A DNA stretch of 64,000 nucleotides from a virus. Taxonomy: Duplodnaviria > Caudoviricetes. A model generated the notes under the pieces. The model was not told where the DNA came from and made no database searches. It was given only the letters and a program-made list of their open reading frames with translations. The position numbers and the translations under genes were made by a program. The DNA lies in IMG/VR virus record IMGVR_UViG_2933279956_000001, positions 1 to 64,000 of that record. One strand, written 5' to 3'. Shown one piece after another: positions 1 to 9,413 of this stretch; position 1 is the first letter of the stretch; every line of letters starts with the position of its first letter.

Positions 1-651
1 GCCTCTGGCCGGGCCCAGCCGGACCCGCGCGCCGACGTCCAGACCTGGAAGCCGGTACCGGCGATCCTCGATGCGCTGGAGGAGTCGTACGAGCTCGCCT
101 TCGGCACCGTCGAGCCCACCGGCAAGCGGCTCCTCGTCGCCGTGGACTCCTCCGGGTCGATGAGTAGTCGGTGGGGCGGAGGCGTGGTCGTCGGCGGCTC
201 CTCGATCGGCTCCCCGTACGAGGTTGGCTGCGCCATGGCCGTCATGCTCTCCCGGATCGAGAAGGGCAACGTCCACGTCATCGACGTCGACACCAGCGTG
301 CATGCCTCAAAGGTGACGCCGCGGACCAACTTGCGTGAGATCGCCTCCTGGCGGCCCTCGGGAGGCGGAACCGACCTGTCGCTGCCGTTCGACTGGGCGC
401 GGCATGAGCGGATGGCGGTGGACGGCTTTGTCCTCTTCAGCGACATGGAGACGTGGGCAGGCAGAGCCCACGCTTCGCAGGCGCTCGACGCCTACCGGAG
501 CGCGATGAACCCGGCCGCCCGCGTGGTGCTCGCGACCATGACGCCGAGCGGCTACACGCTGGGCGAGCCCAGCGATGCGGGGGTGCTGAACCTGGCCGGC
601 GTGGACGCGTCGCTGCCGCAGGTCGTGAACGGGTTCATCCGCCGCGGATAG
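1..651 (+). CDS. rsr: Ro60/TROVE RNA-binding protein, C-terminal part with vWA domain (5' end outside window)
   Basis: Frame is open from base 1: ILDALEESYELAFGTVEPTGKRLLVAVDSSGSM (MIDAS DxSxS), GGTDLSLPF, FVLFSDMETW, LNLAGVDASLP, typical of Ro60 C-termini. Confidence 0.85.
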   Translation, partial: ASGRAQPDPRADVQTWKPVPAILDALEESYELAFGTVEPTGKRLLVAVDSSGSMSSRWGGGVVVGGSSIGSPYEVGCAMAVMLSRIEKGNVHVIDVDTSVHASKVTPRTNLREIASWRPSGGGTDLSLPFDWARHERMAVDGFVLFSDMETWAGRAHASQALDAYRSAMNPAARVVLATMTPSGYTLGEPSDAGVLNLAGVDASLPQVVNGFIRRG

Positions 652-665
652 CCCGGCACGCGAAT

Positions 666-698
666 GTGCCCCGCCTCCTGGTTCAGGAGGCGGGGCAC
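666..698 (+). terminator. Stem-loop after the TROVE gene
   Basis: GTGCCCCGCCTCCTG-gtt-CAGGAGGCGGGGCAC perfect inverted repeat just after the stop codon. Confidence 0.7.
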
Positions 699-876
699 TT
701 GTCGTTGGAGATGACACGATCAACACGCGGCCGATCCTGAACGCCGGAGTAACGAGCACGCCTTGTCGAGCAGCACCGCACCCCGATGATCCGGGCGGGG
801 GACAGACAGGCAGTATGACCATCTGTAAACCGCCTCTTGGCCTTGCCGATCACGAAGCCCGGGTACGAGCCGATGC

Positions 877-1863
877 ATGGCGCTGCCGCACTACGCGCCC
901 ATGCTGGCCGCACCCGGATCACCACCGCCGCCATCGCAGGACGACGCGTGGGGCGTCGAGATGAAATGGGACGGCGTCCGCGCACTCGCCTACGTCGAGG
1001 ACGGCGCCGTGAGGCTGATGTCGCGCAACCTCAAGGACATCACCATCGCCTACCCCGAGATCCAGCTCATGGCGGGAGCGGTGGGCGGCCACGCCGTGGT
1101 GCTCGACGGCGAGCTCGTGGCGTTCGACGATGCAGGGCGGCCCAGCTTCGGCCAACTGCAGGCCCGGATGCATCAGCGTAACCGGGCGAGGATCACTGAG
1201 CTGGTCGGCACGGTGCCCGTCACGTACCTCATCTTCGATCTTCTGCACGTGAACACGGCCAGCGCGACCGCCATGCCGTACGTAGAGCGCCGGGAGCTCC
1301 TGGAGGCCACCGTGCGGCCGGGCTACAGGTGGCAGGTGCCCACCTGGTTTCGAGGCGGCGCCCAGGCGGCGCTGGAGTCCTCCGAGCAGCTCGGGCTCGA
1401 AGGCGTGGTCTGCAAGCGGCTCGCGTCGCCGTACCGACCCGGCCGCCGCTCGGCCGACTGGACCAAGGTCAAGAACTGGCACGCCGCCGAGGTCATCATC
1501 GGCGGATGGCAGCCCGGCGCCGGCCGCCGTTCCGGCGCGATCGGCTCACTTCTGCTCGGCGCTCATGACCGCCAGGGTCGCCTCGTCTACGTGGGGCACG
1601 TCGGCACCGGCTTCACCGCGACCACGCTTCGCAGCCTCCGTGAGCGCCTGGCGCCGCTGGAGCAAGAGGCATCGCCGTTCACCAGTCCGGTGCCGCGCGA
1701 GTTCGCGCGCACCGCGCGCTGGGTCGAGCCGGTGCTCGTTGGCGAAGTGCGGTACGGGGAATGGACTGCAGATCATCGGCTTCGGCACCCAAGCTGGCGA
1801 GGGCTGAGAGCGGATGTGGAGCCGTCGGCTGTTCTTGAGCCTGGCCTGCGAGACGTCAGCTAG
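877..1863 (+). CDS. ligD: ATP-dependent DNA ligase (LigD/LigC-type NHEJ ligase domain plus OB fold)
   Basis: EMKWDGVR (KxDGxR), LDGELV, FDLL, EGVVCK, YRPGRRSADWTKVK, YVGHVGTGF, LRHPSWRGLR. Confidence 0.9.
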   Translation: MALPHYAPMLAAPGSPPPPSQDDAWGVEMKWDGVRALAYVEDGAVRLMSRNLKDITIAYPEIQLMAGAVGGHAVVLDGELVAFDDAGRPSFGQLQARMHQRNRARITELVGTVPVTYLIFDLLHVNTASATAMPYVERRELLEATVRPGYRWQVPTWFRGGAQAALESSEQLGLEGVVCKRLASPYRPGRRSADWTKVKNWHAAEVIIGGWQPGAGRRSGAIGSLLLGAHDRQGRLVYVGHVGTGFTATTLRSLRERLAPLEQEASPFTSPVPREFARTARWVEPVLVGEVRYGEWTADHRLRHPSWRGLRADVEPSAVLEPGLRDVS

Positions 1864-2304
1864 TTCCATAAAGGGGTACAAACCTCAGGAAAGGCCCAAG
1901 AAACTAGCTCGATATCAAGACAAGCCTTCTTCGGCTGGTGCAGACCAATTCCTTCCATAAGGCTTCGACCTGCGGTTATTGCTTCTCGAAAGTTTTCTCG
2001 CGTCTGCGGCTACTCGTTACACGCGGATTGCCAGTATCTTTTCCTACGTGCACCTGTTCGGCGGCGCTCAACCGGCCGCGCTCTCCGCCAGCCAGACTTG
2101 GCCTGCTGGGCCATCGGGCTGGCTTTTGCGCGTTCTGGTGCGATCTACCCGAATCGGTCTCCGTGCCTCTTTCTCCTTCTGCCCCTTCTGCTGGTTGCAA
2201 GCGCTTTCCGGTAACCGCGTATACGGGCTTGCCGTAGTGGCGTGTCTAGCCCCTTCACGTGTGGTCGACGTGGGGGCTGCGGTAACCAGACCAGGGGAAG
2301 ATGC

Positions 2305-2571
2305 ATGTGCAAGAAAAAGAAGTCCGGCAAGAAGAAGCTGGACAAGCCCGGCAACAAACCGGACAATCCCGCACCTCAGCCAGAGGTAAAGCCGGAGGAG
2401 TCCAGAGAGAAGTCGGGCAAGCCCGAGGAGAAGCCGGAAGAGTCTGTGGAGAAGGCGGACAAATCCGAGGAGAACTCGGACAACTGGGTCAGGAAGTGGC
2501 TTCCCGCCGCTGGAGGTGGCGCTTCAGTCGGCAGATTGATTCTCGACCTGATCGACAAGTTCAGAGGGTGA
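2305..2571 (+). CDS. Small Lys/Glu-rich protein with amphipathic C-terminus
   Basis: AGGGGAAG RBS; 88-aa ORF followed by a strong hairpin. Confidence 0.55.
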   Translation: MCKKKKSGKKKLDKPGNKPDNPAPQPEVKPEESREKSGKPEEKPEESVEKADKSEENSDNWVRKWLPAAGGGASVGRLILDLIDKFRG

Positions 2572-2622
2572 CCGCCCTGGGCCGCACCGGTGACAGCCGA
2601 TGCGACCACAGGGCGACCAGCT

Positions 2623-2690
2623 AGCAAAGAGGGGTTTCCCGCCGGAATCCGGTCCGTGCACGGACCGGGGCGGGGGCCCCTCTTTTGCTT
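2623..2690 (+). terminator. Compound hairpin/terminator
   Basis: AGCAAAGAGGGG...CCCCTCTTTTGCT outer stem enclosing the CCGGTCCGTGCACGGACCGG palindrome. Confidence 0.6.
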
Positions 2691-2943
2691 GGACGCCAAG
2701 TCTGTCGACTCAGGTCCAAGCCCTTCACCTAGCGAAGGTATACGCGCCGTGTTCTTTTGACTACCAGAACAGAGGTGTCGGCACTCATGTGGCACCTTTT
2801 GTCCTACTTCATCACGATTATAGCGACATTCCGCGACTGACATAATCCCCAACTCTCGCGCGGAATTCTAGAGACTGCGCGAGATGTCACCGGATTGGCA
2901 CGAAGTCCTCGCCAAAGGTTCATTGCCCGATTTGCGCAAAATG

Positions 2944-2984
2944 AAAAAAGGGCTCCACCCAGCCGAGTGCTGGGTGGAGCCCTT
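2944..2984 (-). terminator. Intrinsic terminator downstream of the minus-strand lysis genes
   Basis: Minus strand AAGGGCTCCACCCAGC-actcg-GCTGGGTGGAGCCCTT followed by a T run. Confidence 0.75.
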
Positions 2985-3341
2985 CGAGGTGCAGAGGTGC
3001 GGCGCGGGTGATTACGGCGTAATCACCCGGAGCGATCAGGTGCGCGCTACCCAGTTGAGTCCATGCCAACTCGGCATGAGATGAGTCAGCGGGGATGCCG
3101 GATCAATACGTTCCTCTGCCGGCTCCAGCATCGCTAATTGTGACGTGGAAACTACACATTGTAGTGACGGATAATGCGTCACCACTCTCTGATTTGAGGC
3201 GAACGGAACCTGTGATCGGAGTGGCTGTGACATCAGCCAGAGGGACGCGACCGATTGGTCTATACCTCTCTGGCCACCTCTACTTAGTAAGATGTGCCGT
3301 CGCTACTGCTGCGCAGAGGTCCAGCCGAGGATGCCGCCGGA

Positions 3342-3599
3342 CTATCGACGATCCAGAGGCAGATCAGGACGGCGGGTGTGCTTCGCCTTATAGCCGGACA
3401 CGTACGTGATCAGACCCGGCACCAGCGGGACAGCCAGCGTCTCCAGCCAGTCCGGCAGGAACGCGATCAGGTCCAGGTCTGCGTTGATGGCCTGCAGAAC
3501 GGTGAGGCCGGCGAGCAGCCCCAGGTACGAGCCTGCGGTCGCGGCAGTGACCTTCCGCTCAACGGGCGGCTTGCCGTACTGGATCGGATCTCCGTGCAT
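3342..3599 (-). CDS. Holin
   Basis: 85 aa, two TM segments, PVERKVTAAT...YVSGYKAKHT motif of actinophage holins; downstream of endolysin. Confidence 0.8.
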   Translation of the reverse strand: MHGDPIQYGKPPVERKVTAATAGSYLGLLAGLTVLQAINADLDLIAFLPDWLETLAVPLVPGLITYVSGYKAKHTRRPDLPLDRR

Positions 3600-3650
3600 G
3601 ATGAGCCTCCTAAGGCATGGGGAAGCCCGCCCGGCCGGGCAGGCTGAAGA

Positions 3651-4136
3651 TCAGTTCGTCTCGTCGAGGAGCCCGGGAACACGGACGCCAGGCGCATCCC
3701 ACAGAACACGCGCCACGGACTCGACGTCGCTTCCGGCGCGAGGCCGCGCCGGGCATGACCATGAGCCGCGCGGTGGCCGTACCGCCGACAGCGACCACCC
3801 GGCCGCCCGCAACGACGCGCCGTCCTCATCAGCCCGCGTATACGTGATCAGCCTCTGGTAGCCGAGCGCTCGCGCTGCTCTCCACGCAGCCCCGAGAAGC
3901 AGCGAGCACACGTTCGCGGTGCCATCCGTCGCCAGCCGCGTCACCTCCAACACCCGGCCGGTGTCCAGCAGACGGGCGACAGGTCGGCCGACAATCACCA
4001 CGCCCACGAGGTCGTCGGCCACCGCGGCACCGATCGAGAACTTGTGTCCGGGCGGCGGACGCAGACGCCGATGATGCTCGTCAACGAACGCGGCGGCCAG
4101 CGCGAACGTCACGGGGACCAGCTGCAGCCGGGTCAC
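3651..4136 (-). CDS. XF1762-family (Mom-like GNAT-fold) protein
   Basis: AAAFVDEHHR, GVVIVGRPVARLLD, LEVTRLATDG, CSLLLGAAWRAARALGY, ITYT...GASLRAAGW; GTG start overlaps the endolysin stop. Confidence 0.8.
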   Translation of the reverse strand: MTRLQLVPVTFALAAAFVDEHHRRLRPPPGHKFSIGAAVADDLVGVVIVGRPVARLLDTGRVLEVTRLATDGTANVCSLLLGAAWRAARALGYQRLITYTRADEDGASLRAAGWSLSAVRPPRGSWSCPARPRAGSDVESVARVLWDAPGVRVPGLLDETN

Positions 4137-4936
4137 ACGCCGGGTTTGGTCCACGTCCACGTCGAATCCCACGTGGCAGCGTCCACCTCGCCCGAGGCTG
4201 GCAGGCCGACGGCGTGCTGCCAGCTGCGGCACACCGATCGCGACTTCGGCCCGTAGACGCCGTCAACGTCGATCTTCCATCCGCGCTTGGCCAGCTTGGC
4301 CTGCCACACCCGGACGTCCTCGCCCTCCACGTACGGCTCCGCCAGCTTGAGCACGCGGCCGGGCCAGCGCGGGACGCCGTCCTTCCACACGATCTCCGGC
4401 GCGGGCTCGCTGTCCTTGGGTCGCTTCGCGCCCGCCTTCACCCACCGGTACAACGCCGCCCCCGGGCACGAAGTCGCGTACCCGTCCCGATGCCCCCTCA
4501 CCTCTCGGCCGGCACCGCCTTCCTTGCGGAGGTAGTCGATGGCGTCGCAGATCGCGCGCAGCAGGTCGTCGTTCGGCTCGGTGAAGCCAGAGTCGCCGAT
4601 GAGCGCAAGCACCGCGTAATGCTGAGAGTTGAGGCCAGGGCCGTTCGCGGCCGGGACCACGCCCGGCCCGCGGCCGACGAACACCCTCCGGTGCGGGCAG
4701 GCGACCATGTTGTAGCCCAGGTCGATGTACCTCTCGCCGCGGCCACCGGACATGTGCATCTGCTGGAAGCGCAGCACGAGCTCGATGCACTTGCGGTGGT
4801 TTCTCGCCTCGGCGATGTCGGCGGGCACGTGCCCGCCGGTGTAGTGCACCTTGACGCCGCGGGTGCGGGCGATGCGGGTGTACTTCGCGGTGGGCCGCTT
4901 CGCGCCCCAGCCCTTGCGGCTGACCATCCGGATCAA
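4133..4936 (-). CDS. Endolysin: PGRP-type N-acetylmuramoyl-L-alanine amidase with C-terminal peptidoglycan-binding domain
   Basis: SRKGWGA, VHYTG, YIDLGYN, GHRD..TSCPG; C-terminal WQAKL..VDGVYGPKS..WQ. Confidence 0.9.
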   Translation of the reverse strand: MIRMVSRKGWGAKRPTAKYTRIARTRGVKVHYTGGHVPADIAEARNHRKCIELVLRFQQMHMSGGRGERYIDLGYNMVACPHRRVFVGRGPGVVPAANGPGLNSQHYAVLALIGDSGFTEPNDDLLRAICDAIDYLRKEGGAGREVRGHRDGYATSCPGAALYRWVKAGAKRPKDSEPAPEIVWKDGVPRWPGRVLKLAEPYVEGEDVRVWQAKLAKRGWKIDVDGVYGPKSRSVCRSWQHAVGLPASGEVDAATWDSTWTWTKPGV

Positions 4937-5175
4937 CGGGTCACCTCCTGTTCGTCGTCGGGGTGGTCGAGGTACACGAAGCCGGTCTTGCCGTCGTGGC
5001 CATGGACGGCGATCGCGTCGTCGATGCTGTTCCACTGCACGGTCGACGGCCGGTCTCCGCGCCAGCGGATCACGACGGTCCCGTCCGGCCACTGGACGCC
5101 GTCGGCGACGACGCCGGTCCCGGACACGCCGGAGACATCGGTGTGCCGCATCAGCATGAAACGGCGAGTGATCAA
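4933..5175 (-). CDS. Small actinophage protein
   Basis: RHTDVSGVSGTGVVADGVQWPDG...HGHDG; translationally coupled to endolysin. Confidence 0.7.
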   Translation of the reverse strand: MITRRFMLMRHTDVSGVSGTGVVADGVQWPDGTVVIRWRGDRPSTVQWNSIDDAIAVHGHDGKTGFVYLDHPDDEQEVTR

Positions 5176-5372
5176 GGAGCCTCCTCAGGAGGGGTGAGCT
5201 GGAGCCATTCAGCGACGGTCATGCCGTACGCGGCGGCGGGGACGTGCAACGGGAGGACGGCGGGCACAACCAGCACCCCGTCGTCCACGGGCATCACCAG
5301 CAGGAGACGCCACCTTTCGGTCGGTGACGGGCAGAGAGATACTGACCACGAGAACCGGACGTGGAGGTGCTC

Positions 5373-5546
5373 ATGGGCAAGAACAGCAACCGAGCCGCCC
5401 GCACCCCGGCCAAGTGGGACGCCGCCGCTCTGGCGCGCGTCCAGCGGACCGCCGCGGGCAACCCAGGCAGCAAGACGGCGAAGAGCGGGTTGGCGCCCAG
5501 GGCGCAGTCCGCTCACGACCGGCAGAAGGGGTCAGCCTCGGGTTAG
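5373..5546 (+). CDS. Small basic SMP/LEA-like protein, antisense to the late operon
   Basis: GGAGG RBS; AALARVQRTAA..SKTAKSGLAPRAQSA motif. Confidence 0.6.
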   Translation: MGKNSNRAARTPAKWDAAALARVQRTAAGNPGSKTAKSGLAPRAQSAHDRQKGSASG

Positions 5547-5849
5547 CTGGACGAACGTCATCGCCGCGGCGGCGATCGTCACCATGAGGCCGACGACGGT
5601 GATGATCAGTTTGGTGCGGTCGGCGAGCTGAGTCCGGGTGACGGCCTCGCGCTCCAGCTCGCCAATCCGCCTCTCCAGCGCCTCCCGCTCGGCGCGGTCC
5701 AGTTCGACCTGGCGGGCAAGCTCGGCATGCCGGTTGTCCACCTGATCAAGCCGCTGCAGGATCAGCGTGGTGGACCCGTTCGTGCGCTCGAACCCGACCT
5801 CCACCAGGCCACGCAGCTCCGCCAGGGCCAGGGCGAGGTTCTCATCCAC
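5532..5849 (-). CDS. Coiled-coil protein with C-terminal TM helix (lysis-cassette accessory)
   Basis: Heptad-like N-terminus and hydrophobic LIITVVGLMVTIAAAAMTF. Confidence 0.7.
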   Translation of the reverse strand: MDENLALALAELRGLVEVGFERTNGSTTLILQRLDQVDNRHAELARQVELDRAEREALERRIGELEREAVTRTQLADRTKLIITVVGLMVTIAAAAMTFVQLTRG

Positions 5850-6516
5850 CAGCCACCCCCCACGGCTTGCGGCCCGTCCACGTCGCCGGCGGCTTCATCG
5901 CGTACGCCGGGGTGACAGGGGCGGCCTGGTTGCTGCGGTAGTAGTCGACGGCCAGACGGCGCGCCTCAACGCGGGCGGGGTCGAGCCGGACCATCGTCCT
6001 GATCGGCTCCAGCGGGTCCGCGGGCGCGGTCACGTCCAAGCCGACGTAGTCGAGCACCCCCTGCCGGAACGCCTGGTTCTCGGGCAGCATCTGCACGCGG
6101 TGCTCCTTGACGGCAGCGATGCGGGCCCGGTGCGCGGCCAGCCGATCGCTGTCCGGGACGCCGGGCGTCCAGCACGTCGGCAGGCCGTGCGTCGCCTCCA
6201 GCTGCGCGGCCGCAGCCGGGTTCAGCCGGGCGAGAGCGTCGTCCGGGTCCGGGATCCACGGCTCGTGCAGGACGACGTCGAGCAACGTGTCGAGGTCCTC
6301 GGGGTCGATGCCGTACTCGGCGGCCCGCCACTCCCACGTGGAGTGCGGAATGATCAGCATGTGGGCGCCGCCGTCCGCGCGCACCGCGGCGACGCCCCAG
6401 ATGGGTTCGGCGCCGTCCGGCGCGGGATGCTGCTCGGCGTGCGCGCCGCCGGCTTGCAGCAGGCTCGTGTGGCTGTAGCCGAGTTCGGCGTCCCACAGGG
6501 TCCAGGTCTCCGCCAC
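5842..6516 (-). CDS. Tail-tip partner protein B (paralog of 9961-10434)
   Basis: IPHSTWEWRAAEYG..LDTLLDVVL..DPLEPIRTMVRLDPARV; directly follows tail-tip gene B. Confidence 0.7.
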   Translation of the reverse strand: MAETWTLWDAELGYSHTSLLQAGGAHAEQHPAPDGAEPIWGVAAVRADGGAHMLIIPHSTWEWRAAEYGIDPEDLDTLLDVVLHEPWIPDPDDALARLNPAAAAQLEATHGLPTCWTPGVPDSDRLAAHRARIAAVKEHRVQMLPENQAFRQGVLDYVGLDVTAPADPLEPIRTMVRLDPARVEARRLAVDYYRSNQAAPVTPAYAMKPPATWTGRKPWGVAGG

Positions 6517-6545
6517 CGGCGGTCTCCTCTCGAAAGGGGAAGGGG

Positions 6546-9329
6546 TCAGTGGCGGTGTGACCACCAGTAGAACGCCTTGCCGGACAGCACGCCGCCGCCC
6601 TGCGACCAGCCGATCGAGAAGCTCGACTGGCTGGACATGTCGAGCGCCCAGTAGAAGTTCGGGTTCGACGCGCCGTCGCGGACCACGCTGACCGGCCCCA
6701 TGTTGGAGGCCATGGTCGCGCCGTAGTGGATCGTGACCCCGACGAACCCGGACGCCACCGTCCCGGACCCCGCGTGCACGGTGTCGTACGGGTCGGCGCT
6801 GTTGGTGTCCCAGACGCGACCCCGCAGGTACCAGCGGCCGCTGGAGTTGCAATGGATGTAGGACTGCGAGGAGGAGAAGCCGTCGTTGTAGCCGAACTGG
6901 CCGTACCCCTCGGCGACGTCGAGGCCGCCGCCCTTGCGCGTCGACGACGACGGCTGCCGGATGCCGAGCCGTACCAGGCCAGCCGCGACCTGGAGTTCGG
7001 CCCGTGCTGACCCGGACTGGTTGGTGCCGGAGGTGATGAACGTTGTCGTCTCGCCCGGGTACCAGCCGTCTTCGGCGTAGAACCGGGTGTAGTTGGCGTT
7101 CCCGGCCGGGTAGAACCGCAGGTCCAACGTGCTGGAGTCGAGGACGAACCGCTGCCCGGTCGCCGCCGAGCGGACGATTGACCCGGTGATCGTCTTGCCG
7201 TTGATCGCATTGGCCGAGATGTGCGCGGCGGTGATCGCGTTCGCGGCGATCTTGTCGGCCGTGATGGCGTTCGCGCTGACGTGCGCCGCCTGGATAGCCC
7301 CTGCGATGATCTTGTCTGCAGTGATGGCGTTGGCCATGATGTGCCCGGCCTCGATCGCGAGCGCCCGGATCAGGCGGCCGGTGATCGTGTCGGCGGTGAT
7401 TTTCGCGTCGCCGGGGATGGTGCCGTCGATGATGTGGGTCGCGCCGTCGATGATCGCGCCGATGACGTCGGTGTCCACGAGCGGCTTCGTGGCCACGGTG
7501 ACGCGGACGGAACCGGCGGACTCGTTGCCGAGCCGGTCGGCGGCCGTGAGCCACACTTCGCGGTCGGCGTTGTACGGCTGGCCCGGGATCACCTCGACGC
7601 CGGCGCCGGTCAGGTAGCCGACGCGGGCGCCCGGGTCGCCGCCGTTGAGCGGGTCGCGCATGTAGACGTGGACGCGGTCAAAGTCGGCCGGCATCGGCTC
7701 GCCCGCGCTGCCGTTGCCGTCCCAGGCGACGTGGATGACGCCGAGCCGGGACGCCACGACCGGCGTCGAGGGTACGGGTGGCGGCACGGTGTCGTTCGGG
7801 ATCGTCACCGTCACCGCAGGCGAGGCAACACCCTTGACGCCTTCGTTCGTGGCTCGCACCCACAGCCGATACGTGGCCCCGGTGATGAGCGGGCTGTAGG
7901 TGACGTTCCGGTCGGTGGAGTCGGAGGTGACGATCACGAGCGGCTGCCCGGTCCCGGGCGGTGTCTGCGCGATCAGCTCGTAGCCGTCGACGCCGAGCGG
8001 CTGCCCGGCCACGTCCGTGGTCACGGGCGCCCACGTGGCGGTGATCTGCCCGCGCGGCCATCCGTGCTCGTCCAGGTAGACGTCGGGTTCGACGACGAGG
8101 CCGTCCGCGGCGGCCGGGACGCGGCCGGTGCCGTCCGAGCCGGGGTTGCTGCCGGACCCGCCCGAGCTGATGCCGCCGTTCAGGATGCCGTTCTGGGCGC
8201 GGGCCAGGCGGATGGTCCGCTCCAGGAAGCGGTCGTTGAGCACGAGGTTGCCGCCGAGGACCCCGTCTGCGGCGCACGACAGCGTGATCTGGCGGATGCG
8301 CAGGTCCTGCATGGCGGCGTTGTCGCCGGGGGCGAGCACGTGGTCGCCGGTCCGATAGTCGGCCAGCGGCAGCCAGCGGGCCGCCCCGAATACGAACTGG
8401 CGGGTGAGCTGGACGCGTTCGCGGGCGACGCGCTCCAGCGCATGCTGGCCGAGGAGCGTCGCAGTCCCGTGATCGGCGACGCCGCCCATCGACTGGAATG
8501 TCTCCCACCGGCCCCACGGGGCGGTCGCGGCCGGGTTGGTCACCTCGACGCGCAGGTTGTCCTCACCCGCGATCAAGATGACGGAGGAGGCGTCCTCCAG
8601 CGTCGCCTCGTCCGGGGCCTGGTCGACGTCACGCCCAAGCCGCAGATCCACCGGCGCAGGCCCGGCCGCGAACTGGCGGGCCAGCGCGGTGCCCTCGTTG
8701 AACGCCTGCAGGGTGCGGCCGGACATCTGCCAGTCGAGGACGCCCTGCTCGGCGAGGTTGATGAGGACGGCCTGCAGGTTGGCGCCGACGTCGAGCCCGA
8801 TCGTCAGCGTCTTGTTCCACGCTTGCCCGTCGCTGTCGTGCGTCGGCGTGAAGTCCACCATTAGGCCGGGCAGCGCCCCGCGCTCCTGCCCTTCCCCGAT
8901 GAACGCGGCCAGGATCGCGCCCGGGGTCGCGGCTGCGAACTGCCGCTTGCCGTCGACCAGGCCGCCCGTGCCCGCGTACAAGATCAGCTTGGTGAGCATC
9001 CACGCGTAGCCGGGCATCTGGTAGGCGCGGGCGGCGGACCGGTCGGTGTTCTCCCCCGACCGTTTGATCCGCAGGAAGCGCGCGTTCGCGGGCTCAACCC
9101 ACGCGTCGCCGGTCGAGTACTCCACCGCGACCTCGCACGGCGACTCCAACCAGGTCGCGCCCTGACCGAGCCTGCTGTAGGTCAGCCGCAGCGACGACAC
9201 GTCGTTCAACGGCAGGCCGGCCTCGAACCCGAGGTGCTGGCCTAGCACGCCGAGCCGGGCACCGTTGGGTTGGTAGGCGACCAGGCGCAGGCCGTACCGC
9301 AACGGCTCCCCCGGAATGATCACTTGCAC
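6546..9329 (-). CDS. Minor tail/tail-tip protein B (hub-like N-terminus, FN3-like domains, ITADKI repeats, variable C-terminus), 927 aa
   Basis: Position after tape measure/Dit-like genes; FN3-like YRLWVRATN; repeated ANAITADKI; paralog of 10431-13193. Confidence 0.85.
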   Translation of the reverse strand: MQVIIPGEPLRYGLRLVAYQPNGARLGVLGQHLGFEAGLPLNDVSSLRLTYSRLGQGATWLESPCEVAVEYSTGDAWVEPANARFLRIKRSGENTDRSAARAYQMPGYAWMLTKLILYAGTGGLVDGKRQFAAATPGAILAAFIGEGQERGALPGLMVDFTPTHDSDGQAWNKTLTIGLDVGANLQAVLINLAEQGVLDWQMSGRTLQAFNEGTALARQFAAGPAPVDLRLGRDVDQAPDEATLEDASSVILIAGEDNLRVEVTNPAATAPWGRWETFQSMGGVADHGTATLLGQHALERVARERVQLTRQFVFGAARWLPLADYRTGDHVLAPGDNAAMQDLRIRQITLSCAADGVLGGNLVLNDRFLERTIRLARAQNGILNGGISSGGSGSNPGSDGTGRVPAAADGLVVEPDVYLDEHGWPRGQITATWAPVTTDVAGQPLGVDGYELIAQTPPGTGQPLVIVTSDSTDRNVTYSPLITGATYRLWVRATNEGVKGVASPAVTVTIPNDTVPPPVPSTPVVASRLGVIHVAWDGNGSAGEPMPADFDRVHVYMRDPLNGGDPGARVGYLTGAGVEVIPGQPYNADREVWLTAADRLGNESAGSVRVTVATKPLVDTDVIGAIIDGATHIIDGTIPGDAKITADTITGRLIRALAIEAGHIMANAITADKIIAGAIQAAHVSANAITADKIAANAITAAHISANAINGKTITGSIVRSAATGQRFVLDSSTLDLRFYPAGNANYTRFYAEDGWYPGETTTFITSGTNQSGSARAELQVAAGLVRLGIRQPSSSTRKGGGLDVAEGYGQFGYNDGFSSSQSYIHCNSSGRWYLRGRVWDTNSADPYDTVHAGSGTVASGFVGVTIHYGATMASNMGPVSVVRDGASNPNFYWALDMSSQSSFSIGWSQGGGVLSGKAFYWWSHRH

Positions 9330-9413
9330 AGCTCGCCCCCAGGGTTGTCTTGATACTCAGACAGTGCTGCGCCGAATGCGCTGGAGCCTTACGGGAGGGG
9401 CGCGCGTCTAACG

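Noticed and set aside
652-876. Y RNA (YrlA-like) or tRNA next to the Ro60 gene
   Set aside because: Only a terminator-like hairpin is visible; no tRNA-like T-arm (GTTCRA) in a suitable stem. Any Y RNA may lie upstream, outside the window
1938-2300. Short ORFs downstream of ligD
   Set aside because: No RBS, codon bias or motif support on either strand
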